Below, one piece after another: positions 26,200-36,860 of a stretch of 64,000 bases of DNA. The stretch lies in IMG/VR virus record IMGVR_UViG_3300044712_001218, positions 1 through 64,000 of that record; one strand, given 5' to 3'. Numbering within the stretch: the stretch's first letter is position 1; every line of letters begins with the position of its first letter. The notes below the pieces were generated by a model. The model did no database searches. It was not told the DNA's origin and saw only the letters and a list, made by a program, of their open reading frames with translations. The position numbers and the translations under genes are program-made. The stretch comes from a virus.

Positions 26200-28511
26200 G
26201 CGGATTTTTTACAAAAAAGGAAACTGAATCAAAGACTAGACCAGATGGTCGAAATCTTTCCTGTATTTCTTGTGGACTTTATAAGAATTGTAATTCCCCT
26301 AGAATGAATCCTTATGGTGAATTCAAAAAGGGAATTATGGTGGTTGGAGAAGCCCCGGGAGAAATAGAAGATAGCCGGGGTAAACCTTTTCAGGGAAAGA
26401 CTGGGAAGCTTCTTCAAAGAACTTTGGCAAAGTATGGAATAGATTTATTTGAAGATTGTGTTAGTTTAAACTCAGTTAATTGCCGGCCGGAGGATAATAG
26501 AACTCCTAGTACTTATGAAATGGATTGTTGTAGATCAGTCAAAGTAACCAAAGCTATTGAGCAATATAAACCAAAGATCATAATTGTACTTGGTGGAAGT
26601 GCCTTATATAGCATAATAGGAAATAGATGGAAAAAGGAATTGGGTGGAATAACGAAATGGAGAGGGTTTTGTATTCCGGATCAAGATTTGCATTCGTGGG
26701 TTTGTCCGGTATTCCACCCATCTTTTGTCGAACGTGATGATACCGGAGTAGCTCAGGTAGTATGGGAAAATGATCTGCAGGAAATATTTAAACTGATTGA
26801 GGATAAAGTTCCTTTCCCAATTTATAAGAAACCTAAAATTGAAATAATAGATGATCTGCAGATTCTTGATACTATCAAATCTACCAGAATCGCCTTTGAT
26901 TATGAGACTACCGGATTAAAACCTCATGGATTAGGACAGGAAATAGTATGTTGTTCAATAGCTCCTTCATCAAATATGGCCTACTCCTTTATGATGCCAT
27001 CTACAAGGATAGAGAGGATGCCATTCATTAGACTCTTACGGAATCCACTAATTGAGAAAATGGCACATAATTGTTTACATGCACGATCATTAGTATTAAT
27101 GGCAGATGGAAGTAAGAAATATATAAGTTATTTAGTCAATAATAAAATTAAAGACCCGGTATTGTGCTTTAATACAAAAACAAAGAAGATTGAAGAAAAA
27201 CCTATAATAAATTGGTATAAAGAAGAAGATTCTAAAGTGATTTGGAAAAAAGTAATTACAAAAAATAGTATTAATGGAAAACAATCACATTGCTTAACTA
27301 ATGACCATAAAGTATACACTATTGAAAGAGGAATGGTAAAAGTAGATGATTTAAAAATAGGAGAAAATCTTTTAATAAAAAAAGAAGGACTATCTGATAT
27401 TCAATTGCAATTAATATTAGGGAGTGGATTAGGTGATGGGAGTATAGTTTTAAATAAGAAAAATAATAAGGCAAAAAATGCATATTTTGTAGTTACACAT
27501 GGGGAAAAACAAGAACAATATATAAAATGGAAAAGAAAAATATTAAATAATATAAGTGATGATGTAAAGAAGAAAAATAATAATAAAGGATTTAGTAGAA
27601 AAGATGGAATATCTTACGCTTTTCATACTAAATCTCTACCAGAAATCACCCCATTAAGAAGACAACTATATAGTAGAAATGGAAAGAAAATAATAACAGA
27701 AACATATCTTAATAAATTAGAACCATTAGCATTAGCAGTGTGGTATATGGATGATGGTTCTGTTTATAAAACAAATATGAATTTACATATTGCCGGATAT
27801 TCAGAAACCTCTTGTGAAAAAATAATTGAATATTTTGCTAAAAAATATGAAATATATTTTAGATTAGAAAGAGATTCATTTAATAAACCAAGAACTTTAC
27901 ATTTGGGTAAAAAAGCAGGAGGTTATAAATTTTGTGAATTAATAGCGCCATATATTCATGATGATTTAAAATATAAAATTCCAAAATATTATAAAAAGGA
28001 GGTGGGAAAATTAGTAAATAAAGTAATTAATAGTCAAAAGAATTATACCCAATCAGAAATTACTGATATAATTGATTCTGTTCCAAGAATGTCTAAAAAG
28101 ATTAAATTTTGTATAGAGGTTCCTGATAACCATAATTTCTTTACAACTATGGGATTAGTGAGTAATTGCAAATATGAAGAAACATGGAGTGCTGTTAAAC
28201 TTAGACAACCGGTAAAGAATTGGATTTGGGATACTATGTTAGCAGCCCATATATTTGATAATCGACCGGGGATAACCAATCTGAAGATTCAAACTTATCT
28301 TATGTTTGGAATCATTGATTATGCCAGTGAAGTTTCTCCCTACTTAGAAGGAGTAGGAGAGGGAGGGAATTCGTTAAATAGAATAAAGGAGTTATTGAAA
28401 CTTCCCGGTGGAAAAGTTAAAGTATTAACTTATTGTGGATATGATTCAGTATATCAATATAGATTAGCAGAATTACAAATGTCAAAAACTAATTTTGACT
28501 TGCCCTTTTAG
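26196..28511 (+). CDS. Split DNA polymerase, N-part: family-4 UDG-like domain plus 3'-5' exonuclease, containing an intein
   Basis: CxxC..C, GEAPG, CRP..NR.P, FHPS (UDG); FDYETTG, AHN^CKYE, YCGYD (Exo I-III). Confidence 0.88.
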   Translation: MSGFFTKKETESKTRPDGRNLSCISCGLYKNCNSPRMNPYGEFKKGIMVVGEAPGEIEDSRGKPFQGKTGKLLQRTLAKYGIDLFEDCVSLNSVNCRPEDNRTPSTYEMDCCRSVKVTKAIEQYKPKIIIVLGGSALYSIIGNRWKKELGGITKWRGFCIPDQDLHSWVCPVFHPSFVERDDTGVAQVVWENDLQEIFKLIEDKVPFPIYKKPKIEIIDDLQILDTIKSTRIAFDYETTGLKPHGLGQEIVCCSIAPSSNMAYSFMMPSTRIERMPFIRLLRNPLIEKMAHNCLHARSLVLMADGSKKYISYLVNNKIKDPVLCFNTKTKKIEEKPIINWYKEEDSKVIWKKVITKNSINGKQSHCLTNDHKVYTIERGMVKVDDLKIGENLLIKKEGLSDIQLQLILGSGLGDGSIVLNKKNNKAKNAYFVVTHGEKQEQYIKWKRKILNNISDDVKKKNNNKGFSRKDGISYAFHTKSLPEITPLRRQLYSRNGKKIITETYLNKLEPLALAVWYMDDGSVYKTNMNLHIAGYSETSCEKIIEYFAKKYEIYFRLERDSFNKPRTLHLGKKAGGYKFCELIAPYIHDDLKYKIPKYYKKEVGKLVNKVINSQKNYTQSEITDIIDSVPRMSKKIKFCIEVPDNHNFFTTMGLVSNCKYEETWSAVKLRQPVKNWIWDTMLAAHIFDNRPGITNLKIQTYLMFGIIDYASEVSPYLEGVGEGGNSLNRIKELLKLPGGKVKVLTYCGYDSVYQYRLAELQMSKTNFDLPF
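27072..28166 (+). mobile_element. Intein (365 aa) with LAGLIDADG endonuclease
   Basis: Starts CLHARSLVLMADG; block B LTNDHKV; LGSGLGDG and WYMDDG; ends HNFFTTMGLVSN followed by Cys. Confidence 0.92.
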
Positions 28512-28528
28512 AATTAATTAGGAATATT

Positions 28529-28666
28529 ATGGAAACTAAGAAATGTTTTAAATGTTTAAAAGTTAAAAAGATATATAACTTTTACACCCATCCTAAAATG
28601 AAGGATGGTCATTTAAATAAGTGTATTAGGTGTTCTAAAAAAGATGTTAAAGAAAGATGGGAGTGA
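28529..28666 (+). pseudogene. Truncated homing-endonuclease-type Zn-finger remnant (45 aa)
   Basis: KKCFKCLKVK...FY.HPKMKDGHLNKC..C followed by an early stop. Confidence 0.55.
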
Positions 28667-28716
28667 CTTATGTTGACTAAAGAGTTTGAAGACAAGGAAT
28701 TATTTGATCAAAAATC

Positions 28717-28935
28717 ATGAAAGAAGCTATAGCAGTACTAGAAAAAGAATTAAATGAACTCACTCATCACTTTACTAAAGTCAGTGAGGCCTTTATAGAA
28801 AAGAAACTTTCTGAAAAAGATTATATCAGAATAGTTACTCAAACAACCCGTAAAATTAGTGAATTAATCGGAGCTATTGAAATATTAGAAAGTATACCAG
28901 AAAAGACAAATATAAACAATAATTGTAGTTTATGA
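28717..28935 (+). CDS. Hypothetical protein
   Basis: ORF; ATGA overlap with the polymerase gene. Confidence 0.6.
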   Translation: MKEAIAVLEKELNELTHHFTKVSEAFIEKKLSEKDYIRIVTQTTRKISELIGAIEILESIPEKTNINNNCSL

Positions 28936-30365
28936 TAATTAGTCCACATACTCACAAAGCGGTTAGACTTCTAATGGAAGGAACTCAATCTCTGGCAAGA
29001 GCAGAACAGGCCGGTATTCGGGTTGATATGGATTATATTCAAAAGAAGAAACGTCAACTGACCAATCGGATAGAGAGCATGGAGGAGGAATTTAGAGAAA
29101 CTAAATTTTATCGCCGGTGGGCTCATTCAGTAAAGGGTAATATCAATATCCATGCCAACCAACAGCTTAGTCATTATTTGTATGATATTCTAAAGCTTGA
29201 TCCGGCTAAGAGGACTAAAAAGTCTGATCAAGGTTCTACAGATGAGGAGGCTTTAAAACAATTACAAATACCAGAAGTAAATGCATTACTTGAAATTAGA
29301 AAACTTAAAAAGGTCAGGGATACATATCTTGAAGGTTTTGCTAGAGAGCAGGTAGATGGGTATATTCATCCATTCTTTAATTTACATCTAGTCCGTACTT
29401 TTCGTTCCAGTTCGGACCATCCCAACTTCCAGAATATTCCCAAGAGGGATGAAGAGGCAATGCAGATTTGTAGACAGGCTTTATTTGCTCGCCCGGGACA
29501 TCAGTTATTGGAAGTGGACTTTAGTGGATTAGAAGTAAGGATAGCAGCCGCTTATCATAAGGACCCTACCATGTTAGCTTATCTATGGGACCCAAGTAGT
29601 GATATGCATGGAGATATGGCAAAACAAATCTTTCTTATTGACAAGTATGATAAGACTATTCCAGCTCACTATACCATGCGTCAGGCAGCTAAGAACGGAT
29701 TTGTCTTTCCTCAGTTTTATGGTGATTATTTTAAGAATAATGCAGAGGGAATATGTGAGTGGATGAAGCTTCCTCAGACTAAATGGAAAGCTGGTCAGGG
29801 TATTCCTCTACTTGATGGTACGGTAAGTGATCATTTGATTGCAAAGGGAATTAAAGAGTTTGGTTCCATGAGAAGAGGAGAGCATGGAAAACCTATTGTA
29901 ACCGGATTCCTTAAGCATATCAAGAATATTGAAACAGACTTTTGGGAAAATAGGTTTCCGGTATATGCCAAGTGGAAAGAGCAATGGTGGAATCAATATC
30001 TCGCCAAGGGATATATCGACATGTATACCGGATTCCGTTGTAGTGGAATGATGGGAAAGAATGACTGCATTAATTACCCAGTACAAGGTGCTGCTTTCCA
30101 TTGTCTACTCTATCTACTTAACCGGTTGGATGGTATTATTATAGAGGAAGAACTGGATAGTAGAATTATTGGACAGATTCATGACTCTATTATCATTGAT
30201 ACTCATCCAGAAGAACTCAATTACATTGCTCACTTAGCTCATGAGATTGTGGTGGAAGAATTGCCAAAGGTATGGGACTGGATCAATGTGCCTCTTGATA
30301 TTGATGCAGAACTAGCTCCTATTGATCATCCGTGGAGTGAAAAGTGTAAGTACGTTTTAAATTAA
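28932..30365 (+). CDS. polA: Split DNA polymerase, C-part: family A polymerase domain
   Basis: RSSSDHPNFQNIP, motif A DFSGLEVR, motif B RQAAKNGFVFPQFYG, NYPVQG, motif C QIHDS. Confidence 0.93.
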   Translation: MIISPHTHKAVRLLMEGTQSLARAEQAGIRVDMDYIQKKKRQLTNRIESMEEEFRETKFYRRWAHSVKGNINIHANQQLSHYLYDILKLDPAKRTKKSDQGSTDEEALKQLQIPEVNALLEIRKLKKVRDTYLEGFAREQVDGYIHPFFNLHLVRTFRSSSDHPNFQNIPKRDEEAMQICRQALFARPGHQLLEVDFSGLEVRIAAAYHKDPTMLAYLWDPSSDMHGDMAKQIFLIDKYDKTIPAHYTMRQAAKNGFVFPQFYGDYFKNNAEGICEWMKLPQTKWKAGQGIPLLDGTVSDHLIAKGIKEFGSMRRGEHGKPIVTGFLKHIKNIETDFWENRFPVYAKWKEQWWNQYLAKGYIDMYTGFRCSGMMGKNDCINYPVQGAAFHCLLYLLNRLDGIIIEEELDSRIIGQIHDSIIIDTHPEELNYIAHLAHEIVVEELPKVWDWINVPLDIDAELAPIDHPWSEKCKYVLN

Positions 30366-30529
30366 AAATGTAAAATATGCTAATCTGGAAAAGAGTAAAA
30401 CAGCTTTTTATCTATAAAGGTAAAACAATAGAGATTCTCATGGATCAAGTAGAACATATCAAAGTCGAATTAGACCCAAAAGAACTTAAATCAATTAAGA
30501 ATATTTGTAAAAATTAAAAAACTAACTTT

Positions 30530-30775
30530 ATGAAACTAATCATTTTAAAAAAGAGAGAAAAGATTCACGAATTCAGTGGTATTGATAATACCCCGGGAGG
30601 TATGTTATTACAATTGGAAAAAGCCCTTATCAAAAAAGAAACCTTGGCAGTGGAATCTACTCATCAGGGATTACATGTTTTCCCTTACAAAGTTTATAGT
30701 AAATATACTTTTATAATGAAGGAGGAAATAGAATATGAAACTTCCAATATGGATAAAGGTGAAAAATCTGCGTAA
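30530..30775 (+). CDS. Hypothetical protein
   Basis: ORF track. Confidence 0.55.
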   Translation: MKLIILKKREKIHEFSGIDNTPGGMLLQLEKALIKKETLAVESTHQGLHVFPYKVYSKYTFIMKEEIEYETSNMDKGEKSA

Positions 30776-30888
30776 AGTCCATAATTCTATTGAAATTCAA
30801 TTCAAAATACGCTGGTGGTATCATTGGATATTATGGATTAAAGCATTATTTATAGTAATAAAAGAAGTAATACAAGAAAGGAAAAAGA

Positions 30889-31800
30889 ATGAACCTATAC
30901 AATAAATATAGACCAACTACCTTAGAAGGAATAAAGGGAAATGAGGAAATACTTCCTACCCTTGAGACTATGCTTTCTGATCTTTCTAAATGCCCTCATT
31001 CCTTTCTACTCACAGGTCCTACCGGATGTGGAAAAACAACCCTTGCTCGTATTATTGCAGAAAGAGTAGGATGTCAGCCAAAGGATATGGTGGAAATGAA
31101 TATAAGTGATCTTCGGGGTATTGATAATGTTCGGGATATAATTAGGAGCACTTCTTTTTTACCTATGGGAAGCACTGCCAGAGTTTGGTTACTTGACGAA
31201 TTTCATAAGGCTACCAATGATGCTCAGAATGCTCTTCTTAAGATTCTGGAAGATACCCCTGATCATGTTTACTTTATACTTTGCTCTACCGATCCACAAA
31301 AGATTATATCCACCATTAAAGGGAGATGTTCTACCTTCCAAATGAGTCTTCTTAATGATGCTTTAATGACCGGATTACTCAGAAGGGTAGCAAGGGCAGA
31401 AGGAGTAAAGCTGGAAGAAAAAGTAATGGAGCAGATTGTTCAGGATAGTTTAGGTCATCCTAGAAATGCTTTGAATATACTGGAACAGGTAATCAGTACG
31501 GAACCTGATCAGAGACTGGCTATGGCTACCAAAACGGCAGAGCAACAGAATCAGGTAATTGAACTCTGCAGGGCTATGTTAAAGAATGCTGGTTGGAAAG
31601 AAATAAGAGTTATACTTACTGGTTTATCCGATCAGGAACCCGAGCAGGTTCGTAGAGCTATTATGGGATATAGTCAGGCTGTTCTATTGAAGGAAGATAA
31701 TCCCAAAGCCGGATTAATGCTGGAATCTATGCTGGAGCCATTCTATGATTCGGGTTTTCCAGGTTTGACGTACGCATGTTATCGAATTACTAAATCTTAA
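30889..31800 (+). CDS. Clamp loader AAA+ subunit (DnaX-like)
   Basis: KYRP, GPTGCGKTT, LDEFH, AQNALLKILE, TIKGRC, PRNALNILEQ. Confidence 0.9.
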   Translation: MNLYNKYRPTTLEGIKGNEEILPTLETMLSDLSKCPHSFLLTGPTGCGKTTLARIIAERVGCQPKDMVEMNISDLRGIDNVRDIIRSTSFLPMGSTARVWLLDEFHKATNDAQNALLKILEDTPDHVYFILCSTDPQKIISTIKGRCSTFQMSLLNDALMTGLLRRVARAEGVKLEEKVMEQIVQDSLGHPRNALNILEQVISTEPDQRLAMATKTAEQQNQVIELCRAMLKNAGWKEIRVILTGLSDQEPEQVRRAIMGYSQAVLLKEDNPKAGLMLESMLEPFYDSGFPGLTYACYRITKS

Positions 31801-31980
31801 AGAAATGGAAATATATGCTGGGAAATTAAGAGTAAAAGTATTTATATGTACTGCCGAAGACCTTCAAAAGGAAATAACAGAATGGTTAGTTAATAATACT
31901 ACCACTATAATTAGTACGGAAACGGTAATAGCTGGAATGTTTAGAGTTATCCATATTATTTATTTTAAACCCTTATAATT

Positions 31981-32472
31981 ATGAATTATGAAGAAGATGT
32001 AAGAATTGATCCTGATGCACTGGATGTAGAGTGGTTAGAGCAACCAAGTCTACTTATGAGATATGCCAGAAATGCAGCAGAATGTCGAATGGAAGTAGAT
32101 CGTGCCAAAGAACTAGTAGATGTGACCAAAGCTAAACTTGATAAGAAGATTCGGAATGATCCGGAAGCTTATCATGTGGAGAAAGTTACTGAAACTGCTG
32201 TGCAGGCTGCTATAATCAGTCATAAGGATTTTCAGGCAGCAAATGATTCCTATTTAACTGCTAAGTTTGAAGCAGACATTGCTCAGGGAGCAGTCAATGC
32301 TATCAATCAAAGGAAGGATGCTCTGGAGAATCTGGTACGCCTTCATGGATTACAATACTTTGCCGGTCCACGTATTCCTAGGGATTTATCCAAAGAGGCC
32401 ATGGCAAAGGCTCAACAAAAGAAAGTAAATGCCGGTATAGCTGGTAAAATGAAAAGAAATCTTGATAGTTAA
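31981..32472 (+). CDS. UvsY-like recombination mediator
   Basis: Helical protein with IDPDALD.EW.EQP and K.TE motifs; lies upstream of SSB and RecA. Confidence 0.55.
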   Translation: MNYEEDVRIDPDALDVEWLEQPSLLMRYARNAAECRMEVDRAKELVDVTKAKLDKKIRNDPEAYHVEKVTETAVQAAIISHKDFQAANDSYLTAKFEADIAQGAVNAINQRKDALENLVRLHGLQYFAGPRIPRDLSKEAMAKAQQKKVNAGIAGKMKRNLDS

Positions 32473-32493
32473 CCAATTTAATAATCACTTATT

Positions 32494-33693
32494 ATGAGTA
32501 AAAAAAGAGAAAGTATGTTCAAGGGCAAGGTGATCAATAGTGCTCAGAAACAGAAAAAAGAGAGATCATCTTATGGTTATTTAAATCTTCCTAAGAATGT
32601 GAAAGTATTCTCAGTGGAAGATAAGGCTAAATCAGTAAAGTTAGACTTTTTAGCTTATACAATCACTGATAAGAAACATCCTGAAATGGATGCTGAAGCC
32701 GGAGTAGCCCAGCAGGGTGATCAGTGGTATCGTAGACCTTTCAAAATACATAGGGATATTGGTGCCGATAATGAGGTGATTGTTTGCCCTACATCTATTG
32801 GAAAGAAGTGTCCGGTATGTGAGTATCAATTAAAAAGGTTTAAAGCAGGAGCCCCAAAGGAAGAAACCAAACCATTGCTGGCAAAGCTCAGGAGTTTATA
32901 TATAGTGGTACCTCTCGAATCAAAGAAGTTTGAAGAAGAGCCTCATATTTGGGATATGTCAGATGCTCTATTTCATGAAGAATTGATTAATACTCTGGAG
33001 GAAGACCCCGATAATGAAGACTTTGCCGCTCTTTCTGGTGGCAAGACTGCTACAGTCAGGTTCCGCTGGGAGAGTTTAGGAGGTCATAGTTATCCGGAAA
33101 CTCGTAAAATTGAATTTGAAGATCGTGGTGATTATGATGATAATTACCTTGATGATTTTCCCAGTCTTGATGAAGTACTGAAGATTCAGACTTATGAGGA
33201 GATCGAAGCCAAATTCTTTCAACTTGATGGTGATAAGGAAGAGGATGAGGAACCCAAGAAAAAGAAAAGGGTAAAAGATGAAGAAGAGGAGGAAGATGAC
33301 GATCCTCCAGTAAGGAAACGTAAAAAAGTAGTTGAAGAGGAAGAGGAAGAAGAGGAGGAAAAACCTGCTCGTAAGAAAAAACCGGCACCTAAAGAAGAAG
33401 AGGAGGAAGAACCGGAAGAGGAACCTGAGGAAGAAGAGGAGGAGGAAAAACCTAAGAAAAAGACTCCACCTAAGAAACCAGTAAAAGATGAGGAAGAGGA
33501 GGAAGAGGAAGAACCTAAGAAAAAACCTATTGGTCGTGGAGTAGCAAAGACTGCTACTAAACCATCTGCCTCATTAGTATGTGCTTATAAGCATGTTTTT
33601 GGTAAGGATACTGATAAATATCCAAAGGATTGTGATCGTTGTGATATTTGGGAAGAGTGTACTGATGAAAAAGATAAAAACAAAAGAAAATGA
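32494..33693 (+). CDS. Single-stranded DNA-binding protein (gp32-like) with E/K-rich tail
   Basis: H...VCP...GKKCPVCE Zn motif; acidic/basic tail; terminal Cys cluster. Confidence 0.65.
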   Translation: MSKKRESMFKGKVINSAQKQKKERSSYGYLNLPKNVKVFSVEDKAKSVKLDFLAYTITDKKHPEMDAEAGVAQQGDQWYRRPFKIHRDIGADNEVIVCPTSIGKKCPVCEYQLKRFKAGAPKEETKPLLAKLRSLYIVVPLESKKFEEEPHIWDMSDALFHEELINTLEEDPDNEDFAALSGGKTATVRFRWESLGGHSYPETRKIEFEDRGDYDDNYLDDFPSLDEVLKIQTYEEIEAKFFQLDGDKEEDEEPKKKKRVKDEEEEEDDDPPVRKRKKVVEEEEEEEEEKPARKKKPAPKEEEEEEPEEEPEEEEEEEKPKKKTPPKKPVKDEEEEEEEEPKKKPIGRGVAKTATKPSASLVCAYKHVFGKDTDKYPKDCDRCDIWEECTDEKDKNKRK

Positions 33694-34037
33694 GTATACT
33701 CAATGAAACTAGGCATACCGGGGTTCAATTACCCCGGACTGCCTTCTCTTATCTCACTTTGTATGCCTTATCAAAAGGCACTACTAGAACCCAAATACTA
33801 AGGGAAATTGTCGAAGATTGGATTTCCAATCAGTCAGAACAGGATTTATTATCTGGTGTGGTTGAAAAGGTTAGAAGAAAATGGATTTTAGAAAAAGCTA
33901 ATACTCCACATCTAGGTGCTGGTCGTTTATTTGAGGAATTTAAAATTAAACTTAAAAAAGAACTACAAAAGAAAGAAATAGAAGAAGACAAAATTGATTT
34001 AATATTAAATAATCTCAATAGCAATGGAAAGACTTAA
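33690..34037 (+). CDS. Ribbon-helix-helix-like DNA-binding protein
   Basis: TGVQLP...L..YA...GTTRTQILREIV. Confidence 0.55.
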   Translation: MSILNETRHTGVQLPRTAFSYLTLYALSKGTTRTQILREIVEDWISNQSEQDLLSGVVEKVRRKWILEKANTPHLGAGRLFEEFKIKLKKELQKKEIEEDKIDLILNNLNSNGKT

Positions 34038-35097
34038 GAAAGAAGATCAACCATTAAGTAGACAAATGGAAAGGCATGCTAAAACTAAACCAAAGAAGGA
34101 AGAGGAATTAAAAGGTAATTTTAATTTGATTATATCTACAGGAAGCACTTTACTTGATTTAGCTATATCTGGAAAGAGAATACGTGGTGGAGGACTTCCC
34201 GGGGGAATAGTAGTAGAAGCTTTTGGACCTAGTCAAAGCGGTAAGACTGCTTTACTTAGTGAGATTGCCGGAGCCGTACAAAGAAAAGGAGGAGATGCTT
34301 TATTTCATGATCCTGAGGCCAGACTAGATAATGAATTTGCTGCTATGTTTGGTATGCATATTCCAGAGGAGAAATACTTTCAACCTGATACCGTTACAGA
34401 AGTATTTAAGGAATCAAGAAAATGGATTCCTGATAATACCAATTATGATGAAGTAGTTAATGGTATATTTGCTGATTCCCTTGCTGCCTTATCCACTAAA
34501 ATGGAAATGGAAGAAGAAGATGGTGATAAAATGGGAATGAGAAGGGCAAAAGAATTCTCAGAGCAATTAAGAAAGTTTTGTAGGATAATCAATAAGAAAA
34601 ACTACTTAATGGTTTGTAGTAATCAGGTTCGGGTGAATATGGATGGTCAAAATAAATACAGTCCAAAGTATACCGTTCCAGGTGGACTTGCATTTAGTTT
34701 TTATGCCAGTGTACGATTAAAATTTGGGACTCCTTCTAAGATTTACAAAGAGATTACTTTTAATGGAAAGAAAATTAAAGAGGTAGTAGGAATAGAGGTA
34801 GAAATTGAAGTAATCAAAACCGTAGATTCCCCTTATCGTAAAGCTCCCATTTATATAATGTATGATTATGGAATAGATGATATTCGTGGAAATCTACAAT
34901 ACATAAAAGATCATACTAAGAATACTACCTTTATGGTAGGTGATAGAAAATTAGATCCTTCTCTGGAAAAGTCAGTTAAGATGGTAGAGCATTATAATCT
35001 GGAAAAGGAACTAAAAAATGAAGTAATTGATCTTTGGCAGGCTATTCAGGATGAACTTAAAGTAGAAAGGAAATCACGCCATGGAGAGGGGAACTAA
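34024..35097 (+). CDS. recA: RecA/UvsX recombinase
   Basis: ISTGSTLLDLAI, GPSQSGKT, DSLAAL, NQVR, PGG.AF.FYASVRL. Confidence 0.92.
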   Translation: MERLKKEDQPLSRQMERHAKTKPKKEEELKGNFNLIISTGSTLLDLAISGKRIRGGGLPGGIVVEAFGPSQSGKTALLSEIAGAVQRKGGDALFHDPEARLDNEFAAMFGMHIPEEKYFQPDTVTEVFKESRKWIPDNTNYDEVVNGIFADSLAALSTKMEMEEEDGDKMGMRRAKEFSEQLRKFCRIINKKNYLMVCSNQVRVNMDGQNKYSPKYTVPGGLAFSFYASVRLKFGTPSKIYKEITFNGKKIKEVVGIEVEIEVIKTVDSPYRKAPIYIMYDYGIDDIRGNLQYIKDHTKNTTFMVGDRKLDPSLEKSVKMVEHYNLEKELKNEVIDLWQAIQDELKVERKSRHGEGN

Positions 35098-35677
35098 ACT
35101 GGAATCTTTTTCAAAGCGTGATATTGAATTATTATCACAGGCAAAGATCAGACAAAATGGAACTATTCTTACTAATGATCCAAGTATGACTGCTTGGGGA
35201 TGGGCTATTATAGATTATATGGGAAATATATTATCTACTGGTTGTATTAAAACTAAAACAGAAGGAAAGAAAAGAAGAATCCGTAAGAGTGATGAGACCT
35301 GTCAAAGGATAAGTGAAATTAACAATATATTAATAGACCTTATCAAAAAGAATAATGTTAAATATATTTTGACAGAAGCTCCTCATGGTTCTCAGAATGC
35401 ATCAGCTGCTGTAATGATAGGGGTGGTAGCTGCTATTACTCAAACTATTTCTGATTGCCTTCAAATTGGAATTGAATATTATTCAGAAGGTGATTCAAAA
35501 AAATGTTTATTAAATAAAATAGCAGCTACTAAACAGGAAACCATTAATGCTATTGGTAAGATATATAAAGTTCCATGGACTGGCATTAAATGGAGAGATG
35601 AAGCAGTAGCTGATGCTATTTCTGTCTATCATGTAGCAAGTAAACAATCTTCCACTCTTAAACTACTTAAATCTTAA
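35081..35677 (+). CDS. RuvC-like Holliday junction resolvase
   Basis: DPSMTAWGWAI, TEAP, ATK, EAVADAI. Confidence 0.8.
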   Translation: MERGTKLESFSKRDIELLSQAKIRQNGTILTNDPSMTAWGWAIIDYMGNILSTGCIKTKTEGKKRRIRKSDETCQRISEINNILIDLIKKNNVKYILTEAPHGSQNASAAVMIGVVAAITQTISDCLQIGIEYYSEGDSKKCLLNKIAATKQETINAIGKIYKVPWTGIKWRDEAVADAISVYHVASKQSSTLKLLKS

Positions 35678-35807
35678 ATGAAAAGGATTGAACCTATTTT
35701 AGACTCATACAATAGACCAATTAAAAAGTACAAGGTTTGTGATGAAAATGATAATATTTGGTTTATTGGTACTTATAAAGAATGTCATAAATATAAAATA
35801 GAACATA

Positions 35808-36857
35808 ATGCTGAAGTCACTCAAACTCAGAAACTTTCAAAGCCATAAAAGAACCATTTTAGAATTTCATCCGGGGGTCAACGTAATTGTTGGCCCTTCG
35901 GATAGTGGAAAAACTGCTATCCTGCGTGGATTGAATCTAGTAGTAAATAATCGACCTACCGGAGAAGAATACCGTTCTAGTTGGGGCGGGGCAACTTCGG
36001 TTATCCTTGAAACTGATCAGGATGTAATCACCCGTCTTCGATCTGATAGCGAAAATGTCTATATATTGAATGATCAGGAATTTAAAGCTAATAAAACAGA
36101 AGTACCGGAAGAAATAGTAAAAGCCTTAAACCTCAATGAAATCAATCTCCAAAGACAACTTGATTCTCCATTCCTCCTTAGTCAGACTCCGGGAGCAGTA
36201 GCAGAGTTTTTTAATAGAATTGCTAACCTTGATCAAATTGACAAAGCTACACAATCTGTTAATTCATCTATTAGAAAGATTACTAGTAGTATTGAATCGA
36301 AGGCAGAGCAAAGAAAATCTGCCAAAGAGGATTTACAAAATTATAAAAACTTGGATGAGATCGAAGTAGAAGTAGAAATTCTGGAACGGTTAGAAAAGGA
36401 TTTATATTCTCAAAATAGCAATCTCTCTGTTTTAAAAAGACTAATCACTCAAATTGAAAGAACAAATGATCAGATTGAGGAGATAGAACCCATGTTGGAA
36501 ATGGAACCAATTCTAAATGGATTACTCGAAAAGGTATCCATAAAGAAAGAGAAAGAGGCAGAACTCAGCAGATTATCCAATATATGCCGGGAAATTAAGG
36601 AAAAAGATAGGGAAATCAGGAAATCTGAGGCAATAATCCCGGCGGGTGATAAAATTGATAGTCTTTTAATCCTGATCAGGGAATTCAAACAAAAAGAACA
36701 AGATCATTCCAAACTATCAGAATTATTGAGAAAAATAGAAGATTGTAGTGATAATATTGCTTTTATGGATGAGGAATATACCAAACTCCATAAACAATTT
36801 GAACAGGAGATGGGAGATGTCTGTTTATTATGTGGACAACCAATTAAAACCAAATAA
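35808..36857 (+). CDS. sbcC: SbcC/Rad50 N-terminal half (Walker A to Zn hook)
   Basis: NFQSH, GPSDSGKT, QRQLD, coiled coil, ends CLLCGQ. Confidence 0.88.
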   Translation: MLKSLKLRNFQSHKRTILEFHPGVNVIVGPSDSGKTAILRGLNLVVNNRPTGEEYRSSWGGATSVILETDQDVITRLRSDSENVYILNDQEFKANKTEVPEEIVKALNLNEINLQRQLDSPFLLSQTPGAVAEFFNRIANLDQIDKATQSVNSSIRKITSSIESKAEQRKSAKEDLQNYKNLDEIEVEVEILERLEKDLYSQNSNLSVLKRLITQIERTNDQIEEIEPMLEMEPILNGLLEKVSIKKEKEAELSRLSNICREIKEKDREIRKSEAIIPAGDKIDSLLILIREFKQKEQDHSKLSELLRKIEDCSDNIAFMDEEYTKLHKQFEQEMGDVCLLCGQPIKTK

Positions 36858-36860
36858 TCT

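Noticed and set aside
28512-28931. Group I intron joining the polymerase halves
   Set aside because: No recognisable intron core elements; both halves have their own plausible stop and start.
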